Positions 10,189 through 20,443 of a DNA stretch of 64,000 nt are shown here, one piece after another. Where the stretch lies: the NCBI GenBank assembly GCA_965603825.1, contig CBFDEM010000053.1, positions 248,001 through 312,000 of the forward strand. Reading direction: 5' to 3'. The notes below the pieces were generated by a model, which was given only the letters and a program-made list of their open reading frames with translations, made no database searches and had not been told where the DNA came from. A program made the translations under genes and the position numbers. Position 1 is the stretch's first letter. Each line of letters begins with the position of its first letter. Origin of the DNA: Blepharisma stoltei ATCC 30299. Lineage: Eukaryota; Protista; Ciliophora.

Positions 10189-11152
10189 TTAATTTGCTAA
10201 ACTCTACAACCATTTTAAAGAAAAAGCCATATAAGTTTGGCTTAAAAAGGCTTTAACCGGGTCTTAAACACTAGGGAGACTAGTGATATTTAAAGATTTA
10301 AATTATTGCTGAGTATGGGTTTAGTTTTTCTCTCTTTTTCAGCTGATTTGCTATATACTCAATTATTGCATGCTAAAAAAGCTCGGATATTTTAAAATGT
10401 CACATTTTTATATCAGTTTTAATTATAAGGAATATTTCGAATTTGAAATTATCACTTATTTATACTTTTCAAGAATGAATGCAGTATGATATTTTGCTGC
10501 CATTAAAATTCTGTCACTTCAATGGTGCAAGAGACATTTATATTTATATTTTTAAATAATTTATAAGGCTGTTTGAAATTTCATCCATTAGCAAATGAAA
10601 TTTATCAATTTTATAGTTTAAAGTTTTTAACCACAAATGATTGTAAAATGAACAATATTGAGTAAGACTATATACAAAATTAGAAGTTAATTTAATGCTG
10701 CATATGGCCCCTTCTAAAGTCAATATTCCTAATTAATTGTTTCTATATGCTAGGCATGAGATTATTAGTATGACAGCAAGAATTATTCTAAATACTGCTT
10801 ATATAAGACTTTGGAAGTTTTATATGAAAAATAAAGTTTAATTCTTGGAACGAGCCAAATAGAAAGTCTATAAAATACTATTTATCTAATAATAAAGAAT
10901 TATTTTTCTATCAATAAATGCAGAGAATGAATTTGATTGAAAATATATAATGCGCGGTTTTCTCAAAATAATTTATTACCTTCAATAATACCCTATAAAT
11001 TAGCAGCTAAATTTTAAATTCTCTCAATTTTTGTATATAATCGATTTTATTTATTGTACTTGCCTATAAAATAAATTTCTTTTCATCCTTCAAGCTTGAT
11101 TACTTTGGATTTTACCAATTTCCGAAACCTTTTTAGCTTAAAATAATCATAA

Positions 11153-11626
11153 ATGGGATTGACAGAAGAACAAATAACACACTGCAAAAGCATTTTCAGT
11201 CAGTTTGATAAAGATGGTACAGGAAGGATCGACAGGTTTGAGCTTCGTGTTGTCCTGGAGCGTAACTTCTAATTAGAAATGGGACAAAAGCCAAGCGAAG
11301 AAGAGTTATTTGCAATGATTAACGAAGTTGACGATGGGAATACAGGGAAAATCGAATTTTATGAGTTTTTAAAAGTCTATGAGCAGCACCAAAATTCAGA
11401 AGTAAACAGAGATGAGCAAGATATGAGTAATTTTTATGTAGTTGACGCTTTTGTCGCAATGGGAGGGAATCCAGATACAACTGGCTCAATTGATACTGAT
11501 AAGTTGATAAACGTTATAAGGCAGCAATTTGAAATGACTATAGATATTGAAAGACTTATAGAAGATATTGACGAAGACCAGAGTCATACGATAGAGTATG
11601 CGGAATTCAAAAGATTACTCAGCTAA
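11153..11626 (+). CDS. EF-hand protein, outer dynein arm docking complex subunit DC3-like; 2 introns
   Basis: ATG at 11153. Spliced product has FDKDGTGRID..MGQKPSEEELFAMINEVD..IDAFVAMGG, matching my recollection of Chlamydomonas ODA-DC3. Confidence 0.85.
11262..11276 (+). other. 15-nt intron gtaacttctaattag
   Basis: GT..AG, A at -6; contains an in-frame TAA. Confidence 0.9.
11427..11441 (+). other. 15-nt stop-free intron gtaatttttatgtag
   Basis: GT..AG, A at -6; removal gives DMIDAFVAMGG as in DC3 homologs. Confidence 0.75.
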
Positions 11627-11778
11627 AAATAATTAGCATATTTTAATATACAAGATAATATACTTATAAACTAAAACATTTTAGATCTTAAATAAATGAA
11701 CCTAGGAAGCCAATCATGAATTGAATAATTATTCGCAATTTAATATCGTAGTATAATATAAGGACTATAATTTTTATT

Positions 11779-12075
11779 ATGGCAGATTGAATTGAAAAGA
11801 ACTGACAGGAGCTAACTCCTCATGAAAAAAATCAAGCCCTTGTAATGAACTGGAAAAGGGCCAAGAGAATGCTTTTAGGGTTATCAGGAGGGGGAACTTT
11901 GTGCGTATTATGGATTAAAGGAAATTTCATTGGGAGCCAGAATAAATACTCAAGGTATTTTCTATGGTCCATTCCAATCTTTATGGTCTATGGCTGTGAC
12001 TATCCTTTTAGAGCTGAATACAATAAGCTCTGCGAAGCTATTAAGGAAAACCATCAAGATAAAATTGAGGACTAA
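11779..12075 (+). CDS. Small two-TM hypothetical protein (98 aa; 2 UGA-Trp)
   Basis: ATG at 11779 (MADWIEKNWQELTPHE..) is in frame with ORF 11845. Confidence 0.7.
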
Positions 12076-12158
12076 AAGCTCTCTATGATAAATAATTTAT
12101 GTTTATCATTCTACATACGGAATAATTCACTCAATAATTATTAATTTAGCTTTCTTCC

Positions 12159-13397
12159 TTAAACCAATGATATTGGATTTGTAAGGTATGTTTTAAAAAT
12201 TTGCAACCATTTTGCTCCTACAGCTCCATCAACAATCCTATGATCGCAGTTCAAAGTGAACTTTGCCACCTCTCCAACTCTAAATAAAAATTACTCAGGA
12301 GCGCTTTCCCCTAGCACGACTCTTTTTTCAATCCCTCCAACACTTAAAAGTGCCGAAGTATTAGGGTTTTGCACTTCATTGACCCCTTGTTGGAAATTAA
12401 TTTCAAAAGTATGATCACTTTTTGCTGGTTTTGCCAAATCTTGCTCTATTTCTGAAACTCTTTTCCTGTGAGCGTCTTTTACGATATAAGTTTGGAGCTT
12501 TCCATCAGCAGCACTTGAGATTTGAATGTCAACGTAATTGAAAATTCTTGAAAACTCTGAAAAAAATAGACCATTGGCTTCAGGGACTTCAGTGCAGGCT
12601 TGGGCTGCACATTTAATTATGAAGGATTTCAAAGAGACCTTTGGGCCGAGAATTTTTTGGATTTTATCAAGTCTGCATTCTACAGTAACTGAAAACCGAG
12701 GGGCTCTTACTGTACTTGGTGGTTGGATTGGTGCAGTTTTTGCAGTTTTTACCATAGTGACTGGCTTTTGTTCTTTTACTTCTTCTTTTGGTGGATGAGA
12801 GTCTATAAATGATAGAACATCACTTTTCAGTAAAAGCCCTTTAGGACCACTAGGCTTGATCTTGCTAGGGTCAAGATGGTTAGCTAATACTAAATTGTGT
12901 GCAGCAGGTGACATTCTTGCATCATGATGCTCTTCATCCTTTTTCTCAATTTTCACTTCTTCAGTCTTCTGTTTAGAGTCTTCACTTTTTGCTGAATAGC
13001 TTGCAAACTTGCCTATATCCGTTGCATTATCGACCAAAATAGCCACTGGATGACCAAGAGCTAGATTTGCACTTCCTTCAGCTTCTAAAATTTTAGCTAA
13101 ATATACATCATCTTGAACTTCAAAGCCTAACGTTGCTTTATCTGTTTCTACTTCGAACATGATTTCTCCTGCTTTTACTTTTTCACCTTCCTTCTTTAGC
13201 CATTTCACGATTGTTCCTTGAGTCATTGTAGGAGATAATAAAGGCATACCTAATACTTGATGTTCAGGAAAAGAAGACGCAAACAATCTATGAGGGAAAT
13301 GGCTGAACATAGGCTGAAGTTTTAAAGGAGGAGATAGAAAAGGTGTAGCTTTATATTTCAATGAATTGCAGAGAGCAAAAGAAATCCTCCTAAACAT
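12159..13397 (-). CDS. Mitochondrial PDH E2 (dihydrolipoamide acetyltransferase)/E3BP-like protein; 1 intron
   Basis: Transit peptide, lipoyl ETDKA, PSBD (SPAA..SGPKG). After intron 12280-12294 it reads CDHRIVDGAVGAKWL; stop TAA at 12159. Confidence 0.9.
12280..12294 (-). other. 15-nt intron gtaatttttatttag
   Basis: Removal joins the ORF to the DHRIVDG exon. Confidence 0.92.
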
Positions 13398-13564
13398 TTA
13401 TATTTAGTTTTATTTTGATGAACGAAAATTCACAAGAATGGAAATTTAACAAGATTATGTGATATTGATAGAGTTTTAGATAGAAAGGAAAATAAAAAAG
13501 CTTAAATTAATTTGTATTTAATAAAATTTGCATTTATAAATGCTTATATCAAATTTATATTAAA

Positions 13565-14869
13565 ATGAAAGGTATTCTATCAAAGTTAAAAACCTTTGAA
13601 TCTTTAGGAGTAATCCCAGAAATCTGCAATTCGCTTTCATCAGCACAAATAGAGGCTCCAACCACAATCCAAAAGCTTGCAATTCCTTCACTTCTCCAAA
13701 ACACATTCCATCATTTGATCACAGCTCAAACTGGGACTGGAAAGACTTTGACTTATCTCATCCCAATCTTCCAATTGCTTCACAGCCAAGAGGTTCAAGC
13801 TGGCAAAATCCTTACAAAGCCGAACTTCCCAAGAGCTTTGATTATTGTCCCAAATCGAGATCTTGTGGCTCAGTGCGCCGATATGATGTCAATTTTCAAT
13901 TACGAAAGAAAATTAATTTCATGCAAAGTCAGCAGTGGGATCAGCATGAATATTGAAAAGGAAAGCTTATTAAACGGAGTTGATGTGGTAGTTGGAACTC
14001 CTGAAAGAGTTGAGCAGCACATTCTTGCTGGAAATTTAGATCTAAATGGTCTTACACAGCTAGTTGTTGACGAATGCGACACTCTTTTTGATATAGGATA
14101 TCAAAGGCTGATAGAATTTTACACAAAATCAATGATAAAATCGAAAGGAAAAATTAATTTTTTTGCAGCAACTTTGCCAGATACACTAGTTGACAAAATG
14201 AATAATCTATTCTCAACTGGCCCAGAACAAGAAAAACCTGCATTAAAGAAAATTGTAGAGAAAGCCACCCATTATAACTTGTCACACATAAAGCATGATT
14301 TTATTCACTCTGAAGGAGGAGAAAAACAGATTTATTTGATGAAAATTATTAATGAAGCTTTAATGGATGGCCAGAAGAAATCGTTTATGATTTTCTGCAA
14401 CTCAGTACCTTCGGCTGAAATGGTTGAAAGGTTATTGACAGAAAAAGGATTCAAAGCAGCCTCTCTGTCTGGAAAACATTCACTTAAAAGCAGGACAAAA
14501 AGTATCCAAGCGTTTAGAGATAAACAGATTGATTTTCTTGTATGCAATGATTTGGCATCACGAGGGCTTGATTTCCCACATTTGAATTATGTAATTAATT
14601 ATGAATTCCCTAGGGCTTTAAGTGACTATGTGCATAGAGCTGGAAGGTGTGGAAGATGTGGAAGAGATGGGACTGTAATTTCGTTTTATAGGAAGCAAGA
14701 TAGGCCAAAGATAGAAGCAATGCAGGAGAGTTTTAAAAAGGGAACTCCACTGCATATAGAAGATTCTTTTTATACTGATGTGATAGAAAAGGTAAATGAA
14801 AGCAATAACACTTCAGAAGTTAATCAAGTAGAAAAATTGAAGACTATTTTAAGAAAAACCCAAAAATAA
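13565..14869 (+). CDS. DEAD-box (DECD) RNA helicase, DDX28/RH39-like
   Basis: AQTGTGKT, PNRDL, TPER, DECD, ASRGLD, HRAGRCGR. Confidence 0.9.
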   Translation: MKGILSKLKTFESLGVIPEICNSLSSAQIEAPTTIQKLAIPSLLQNTFHHLITAQTGTGKTLTYLIPIFQLLHSQEVQAGKILTKPNFPRALIIVPNRDLVAQCADMMSIFNYERKLISCKVSSGISMNIEKESLLNGVDVVVGTPERVEQHILAGNLDLNGLTQLVVDECDTLFDIGYQRLIEFYTKSMIKSKGKINFFAATLPDTLVDKMNNLFSTGPEQEKPALKKIVEKATHYNLSHIKHDFIHSEGGEKQIYLMKIINEALMDGQKKSFMIFCNSVPSAEMVERLLTEKGFKAASLSGKHSLKSRTKSIQAFRDKQIDFLVCNDLASRGLDFPHLNYVINYEFPRALSDYVHRAGRCGRCGRDGTVISFYRKQDRPKIEAMQESFKKGTPLHIEDSFYTDVIEKVNESNNTSEVNQVEKLKTILRKTQK

Positions 14870-15319
14870 ACAAAATTATTTTATATTGATTTCTTTATTA
14901 ATTAGATATATTTGTTCATATAATCTGCGATGGATATACAATAAAGATAAAGCTTAATGAGGACATTTTACTCTATTGACCTGTGTCTTTTGATCAAACT
15001 TAATTTTACTTTTTTTTTGGCTATTTAGTTGAATACAAAGATCTTTTTTGTTAGATCAATTTAAACTGATTTTTGGGTGACTCTGAAATAGTAAAATAAT
15101 ATCAGAAGCTTCATAAATTTATTTTTATTTTAGTTAAAAATATTAACAAAAATTTTGTGATAAAGCTTCTTATGGTAATAAAGCCAAACAACTAGAAGAT
15201 ATCGATAGCAATATTTCTAGGTAAAAATCTAAATAAAATAATTGAGGGGAAATAAAATTAAAATATTTTAATTCTCTATCTATCCATTAAAAGAGCCCTA
15301 CTTGCAAACAAAACTAAAG

Positions 15320-16333
15320 ATGTTCTGGGCATCAACTCTTGCAAAAGGCAGCTCCGTAGTTTTAACTCCTGGGTCCAATGATTGGGATATGCTTCACTTA
15401 TCACAAATAATCCTCAAATCAGGCTCTTCAGTTGAATCAACCAATGTGTTTGTATCATCTAAGGGACAAATACATCCACTGGCATGTCTTAAAAATGACC
15501 ATGACTCTGAGTTCGTGGACTTGTACTTCAGTAAAAATGATAGCATAACTATCAGTTCTGAAGGTCCTGGAGAGGTCACACTTCTTGGTTATGCAGAAGC
15601 TGAAGAAGATGAAATTGAGGCTCAAGAATTCAGTGATACTGAAGAAGTCCCAAAGCTTGTACCTGGGAGCGAGTCAGAAAGCGATGAAGAAACAAACGAA
15701 GTCTTACCTGTAAAGAGACCTATTCAAGCTCAAAAACCTGGCCAGCCAGAGAATAAACCAAAACAAAAAGTCATACAAAAAGCAGCAGAAAGTGAAGAGT
15801 CATCAGGAGATGAAGAAGATTTAGAAGAAAATGAATCTGAGGACGAAGAAGAAAACCAAGAAAAGTTCGTGGAATTCGGAAATGAAAAATCAATGATAAA
15901 AACACATAAAAAAGATTTCAGAAAGGAAGGAAATAGGGATTTCAGAGGCAAAAGAAATTTTGAACCTAGAGGGAGATCAAATGATAATTTCAGAGGAGGA
16001 AGCAGCTTTAAAAAGAGAGATTTTGGAGGAGATAGAGACTCAGGAGATTTTCCAAGTAAAAGAGGCAGATTTAATAGCAATAGAGAAGGAGGCTTCAGAG
16101 GAAAATCCGATTTTGGATCAAGGAGAGGAGGAGATTTCAGAGGAGGTAGAGGTGGAAACTTCCGAGGTGGCAGAGGTGGAAACTTTCGAGGTGACAGAGG
16201 TGACAGAGGAGACAGAGGTGACAGAGGAGATAGAAGAGGAGGATTCAGAGGTGGAAGAGGAGACAGAAGGGGCGACAGAAGAGGAGGATTTAGAGGTGGT
16301 CGCGGTGGCGATTTTCGAAGACAAAGAAACTAA
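15320..16333 (+). CDS. Nucleoplasmin-like (NPL) domain + acidic tract + RGG nucleolar protein
   Basis: ATG at 15320 (MFW..LHLSQ..GPGEVTLLGY) resembles the HD2/FKBP-type NPL domain. D/E tracts and an RGG tail follow. Confidence 0.8.
   Translation: MFWASTLAKGSSVVLTPGSNDWDMLHLSQIILKSGSSVESTNVFVSSKGQIHPLACLKNDHDSEFVDLYFSKNDSITISSEGPGEVTLLGYAEAEEDEIEAQEFSDTEEVPKLVPGSESESDEETNEVLPVKRPIQAQKPGQPENKPKQKVIQKAAESEESSGDEEDLEENESEDEEENQEKFVEFGNEKSMIKTHKKDFRKEGNRDFRGKRNFEPRGRSNDNFRGGSSFKKRDFGGDRDSGDFPSKRGRFNSNREGGFRGKSDFGSRRGGDFRGGRGGNFRGGRGGNFRGDRGDRGDRGDRGDRRGGFRGGRGDRRGDRRGGFRGGRGGDFRRQRN
16121..16320 (+). repeat. Coding RGG/RGD low-complexity repeats
   Basis: GACAGAGG(T/A) x4 at 16193-16228; duplicated AGAGGTGGAAACTT unit. 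Confidence 0.85.
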
Positions 16334-16360
16334 TAACGCTAAACTACTCATTCAGTTTTA

Positions 16361-16969
16361 TTAAGAATTTATATTATCTTTGACACTCCTCCTTGGATAT
16401 CTTGGTGCTCTTTTGGGCAAATAAGGCGTGCATCTTGTTTCTGCCATCGTTTTAGATTTGAAATACTGTTTTGGTAATGCTACATCTTCAATAATATCTA
16501 TTGAATTTTTTTGCGGTTTAATTTCTTCATTCGTTTCTTGAATTTGCTCCAAGCTTGTGCTCCCTTTATGCAAAACTTTTTCATAACTGGGGACTTTCGA
16601 CAATCTTTTAGTCCGGAAAGGTGAGACTGGATAACTGTTTATCTTGTTTGGCGATGATGGGAATTTTTTTATTTTTAGAATTGAAGCTTCATCTGTATCT
16701 TCCATTTGTGTTTCACATGCTTCAGTGCATTGAGTACTTAATGTTAATGATGCAGAACGCTCGTGATCAGAGGCAGTAGGCTTCCCAGGTTTAGTTGAGT
16801 TGAAGATTTCAATTGCTGATTTTAACATTTCGTTAGTGGATTTTAGTTCATCTCTCTTTATTTCAAGATCTTCTAAACAATAACTGAGCTCGGATAGCAT
16901 GTTCTCAAAGCGGCTAATATTTTCTTTAAGATCTTTTGGGGAAAAAGTGTTCAGGATTTCTCTGTACAT
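16361..16969 (-). CDS. Hypothetical coiled-coil protein
   Basis: 202-aa ATG..TAA ORF flanked by AT-rich DNA. Confidence 0.7.
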   Translation of the reverse strand: MYREILNTFSPKDLKENISRFENMLSELSYCLEDLEIKRDELKSTNEMLKSAIEIFNSTKPGKPTASDHERSASLTLSTQCTEACETQMEDTDEASILKIKKFPSSPNKINSYPVSPFRTKRLSKVPSYEKVLHKGSTSLEQIQETNEEIKPQKNSIDIIEDVALPKQYFKSKTMAETRCTPYLPKRAPRYPRRSVKDNINS

Positions 16970-17685
16970 TTATATTGTGGATTTATATCAAGCCATTTAA
17001 GATTGAATTAAAGTTCAGTATATAGAAAAATTAACGCAATTGTTTATATTGCCGTCTGATAAAAGTGTCGAAGCATAAGTATTAGCCAAAACGAAATTTA
17101 ATAAAATTTTATATGAGTAAAGCCTCTTTAAGGTTTAAATTTTCAATGGGATGCTATTTATATTTTTATTAGTTTAACTATGCCTATTAAAGAAGGCTGA
17201 GTATTAGAAAATAATTTTATATTCTATATAAATATAAAGTGAGGTTAAGATTTTGAATGCAAAATGAAGATATAAACAATTTTTATAAAAGTTCGAAATA
17301 TCCAACAGTGTTTTAAAGCTAAAGCATAATTATTCAATATAAGAATGAGCCCACAAAAAATAAAATTAAATTTAATAACTATCTTATGACGTAGGATTTT
17401 TCTATTTAAGTCTGATAAAATATCTCTTTTAAATTAGAAAATTTTCTAAATTATTAACTTAGTTAATTCACACAATAATACAAAATTATGATCTTACCAT
17501 GTTTTTCTTGTTATGATGATAGAAATTCTAGTAGAATAATAGCTAAGAATTTAAAATTTCCCAAATTTTATTAAAGTAGCTAAATTAGCTTAATTTATCT
17601 AAGTCTTCTTAAAATAAATAAAACTCTTAATTGAATAAAACTTAAAAACTGAACTTAACTTGAATCTTAAGGAATAATTTCTTAA

Positions 17686-18840
17686 ATGGCTGTTGAACAA
17701 ATAAAGAAAGTGATCATATCATTTTGTTTGCTTTTATCAGTGAGCTTGGTTATGAGTCAGCAATGTTTTCCTGTAGAATGCAAGCTAGATAACCAGCATT
17801 TTTCAAGCGACACCTGTGCATTTTGGGACGATGATGCCAAGACCTATTATTTGCAAGGATGCAGCTCTTCTTCATCTTGCTCAGGATTTAGCATCAGCAA
17901 AGGCATTAATTTTACTTGTACCGCAAACCCTACCACTAGTGTGTTGAAATGGCCAGGAGAAAAGTGCACGATAACAGATTCCACAAGTAATTGCAATACT
18001 CAATATGCTACTGGCGGGTGTGTAAGCGGAGTATGCCAAGGCCAAAAAGAGGGAGGAACTTGCTCAGTAAACGATGACTGCAACCCAGGACTATATTGCG
18101 ACACAGCTCTAAGGTGCGTCTCACAGGTAGGGATTGGAGGTGAATGCCAAAATGATTATCAATGTGTAAACTCAGCAGGATGCAATAAAACCTCTACAGA
18201 AACATATGGAACCTGTGTAGCCTATTTTAACATCTCTTCTCATGATCCTATAGCTGAGTGCCCAGTAGGTGAATACACTAACTATTTATGCTCATCGTCT
18301 CTCTGTGATACTACAAATAATGGAGAGAATTATTGCTTGAGCTCAATAACTTCGAAATTTGGGAGTCTTCTTCCAGTCATTTGTCAAGAATCCTCAGAAT
18401 GTGTCTCAAGCACTGATTCAAAAGACGGCGCATATTTGACAGGACAATGCATTTGCGGCTATAACAAATTAGGATACGGATTTTGCAATCAATACCCAGG
18501 AGACCCAGACTACGCTCATTTACTCTTAATGTGGAAGAAATGGCTGTGGTCATCAGCTGCGAATAACTGCAACACAAATAGAAGAAGATCAGCTGTTTGC
18601 ATGGCAGATTGGTGGGATACGACTGACTACACAATGCTGCAGTATTTCAATTTGAAAGTAACTAATTGGCCTTATATTCAGATGAATGATAACTGCACTC
18701 AAAGTGTTCTGATGGCTCAATATTATCAAGCACAACAAGCGTATAATGCACTTCGTAACACAACAGATCCTGACGAGCATGGCGATAGCTCAAGTTTGAT
18801 CTTAATAGGATCAGCGTTCATGCTATTAACATATGCTTAA
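17686..18840 (+). CDS. Cysteine-rich secreted, probably GPI-anchored surface protein
   Basis: Signal peptide, repeated GxxC..DxxCxxGxxC modules, hydrophobic C-terminal tail. Confidence 0.85.
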   Translation: MAVEQIKKVIISFCLLLSVSLVMSQQCFPVECKLDNQHFSSDTCAFWDDDAKTYYLQGCSSSSSCSGFSISKGINFTCTANPTTSVLKWPGEKCTITDSTSNCNTQYATGGCVSGVCQGQKEGGTCSVNDDCNPGLYCDTALRCVSQVGIGGECQNDYQCVNSAGCNKTSTETYGTCVAYFNISSHDPIAECPVGEYTNYLCSSSLCDTTNNGENYCLSSITSKFGSLLPVICQESSECVSSTDSKDGAYLTGQCICGYNKLGYGFCNQYPGDPDYAHLLLMWKKWLWSSAANNCNTNRRRSAVCMADWWDTTDYTMLQYFNLKVTNWPYIQMNDNCTQSVLMAQYYQAQQAYNALRNTTDPDEHGDSSSLILIGSAFMLLTYA

Positions 18841-19004
18841 TTTCATAGCATTATTATAATAAGAATTTCTCCTAAGCCTTAACGTCTTCACTTTTGTGAA
18901 GTCACATTAAATTATTCCCACATGATAAATGATTTTAATCAAAAGAAAAATTCATAGATTTATATTGCTAGTTTTAATATAATTAACCACTCCTCAGTAT
19001 AAAA

Positions 19005-20033
19005 ATGGTCAAATTTAGAAGTTCTCATCAAGAAATGAAAAGGGTCAGTTTTACAGCAGAAATTGCACAATTTAATAAAACAAGCTGCAAACTCTGCAAA
19101 TCAATTATAGAAAAAGGAGCATTAAGGATTAAAACTCACAGCTACAACTGTTGCAACTTTTTTCACCTCAACTGCTATACACCTTCTCTCAAGCAATACA
19201 TATCTAAGTCAGATCTTTGCATAAAGCTTGACTCCCTTCATAAAAAAGTTCTTGACGATTGGCTTAATAATTGAAACCAAAATTATTTGCCTCTAGACAA
19301 GCCGTATCATGAACCGCCTAAACTTTTCAAGCTCATTAATTCTAAATCTTCAAAATTCAGAAGATCCTGAATTGAGATCTTCAAATATTCCACAATAAAA
19401 GACCTTGTTCGGAAGTTTTCACGTGTAAATAAAGAGTTTTATCATATAAGTTGAGACGAAGAGCTATGGCAGTTTTTCTGTATTAGGGATTTCAGCTGCA
19501 TTGTACCAAAAGATACTTATCGAAACCAATATGTCACTATTTTGATGGAAATTTGCTTTGGCTGCAAAGCTGTGCCAAAGGCTGAACACTTTTATAGATG
19601 CCCATTAATAGGGAGACCATTATGTCCTTGCTGTAGATTTAATGACAAAAAATTTATAGCAGTCACAGGGCCATATATTGAGCGAGCATATAATATTGAC
19701 CCAAAGGTTCTGGATTTGAAGTTTGGCCAAGGGTATGATAATAAAAAAATAACCTATAACTTTTTGGTTTGAGAAGCATTGGCAGTATATCGAGAAAAAA
19801 ATAAAAATGATTTGCTTGATTTTATGAAAGATAATTGTGTGAGTGACAAATTAATTTGCATGGTAGAAAAGATAAGCACAAAAGAGATGGACTATACAGA
19901 TATATTTGGGAGAATAGGAGCGAATTTTGATTCAAAGATTATAGATATATGATATCAGCAAATTTTTTCTTATATCAGAAATGGAGAAGGAGGGAGTGAA
20001 TTCAAGCAAAGGCTTCTTAAAAATGAACCTTAG
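19005..20033 (+). CDS. PARP-type zinc finger + F-box-like protein (342 aa; 5 UGA-Trp)
   Basis: CKLCKSIIEKGALRI..FFHLNC zf-PARP. WIEIFKY..FSRVNKEFYHISWDEELW F-box-like. CxxC..CxxC further on. Frame open to TAG at 20031. Confidence 0.8.
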
Positions 20034-20083
20034 ATGTGAGTGCATGCTAAGCTGTATAAATAAATTTTTAGTATTAAATATAA

Positions 20084-20407
20084 ATGGATAAATTAGCAAA
20101 AGCCCAAAAATTTCTCTCACTATCAGCCCAGAAACCAATACCTGCATACTCTGAAAATACCCAATTGAAGCTTTTATCTATCTCTGATGTTGAAAATGAA
20201 AGAAAAGCTCTTGCAGGATGCGAATTAGATTTAGCAATAATCAGAGATAACTATATCAAATCTCAAGATTTGCCAAAATGGAAGCAAAAGATTCTTCTTC
20301 GCAGATTATTTATTACTTGTATAGGCGGATTGTGGGTGCTTGTTTACAGCTATGGAAAGATTGAGAGAATTATGGATTTCTTTGACTACAGCATCTATAT
20401 ACGTTAA
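20084..20407 (+). CDS. Small single-TM hypothetical protein
   Basis: 107-aa ORF with a C-terminal hydrophobic helix. Confidence 0.7.
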   Translation: MDKLAKAQKFLSLSAQKPIPAYSENTQLKLLSISDVENERKALAGCELDLAIIRDNYIKSQDLPKWKQKILLRRLFITCIGGLWVLVYSYGKIERIMDFFDYSIYIR

Positions 20408-20443
20408 CTTCAATTTAATATAGTTAAATAATTTAATAATGCT

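Noticed and set aside
10269-10285. Hairpin CACTAG-ggaga-CTAGTG upstream of the C2H2 gene
   Set aside because: A 6-bp stem is expected by chance in 64 kb.
15960-16364. Glu-rich alternative-frame ORF and Ser-rich antisense ORF over the RGG region
   Set aside because: By-products of purine-rich RGG codon repeats that lack stops in other frames; no independent evidence.
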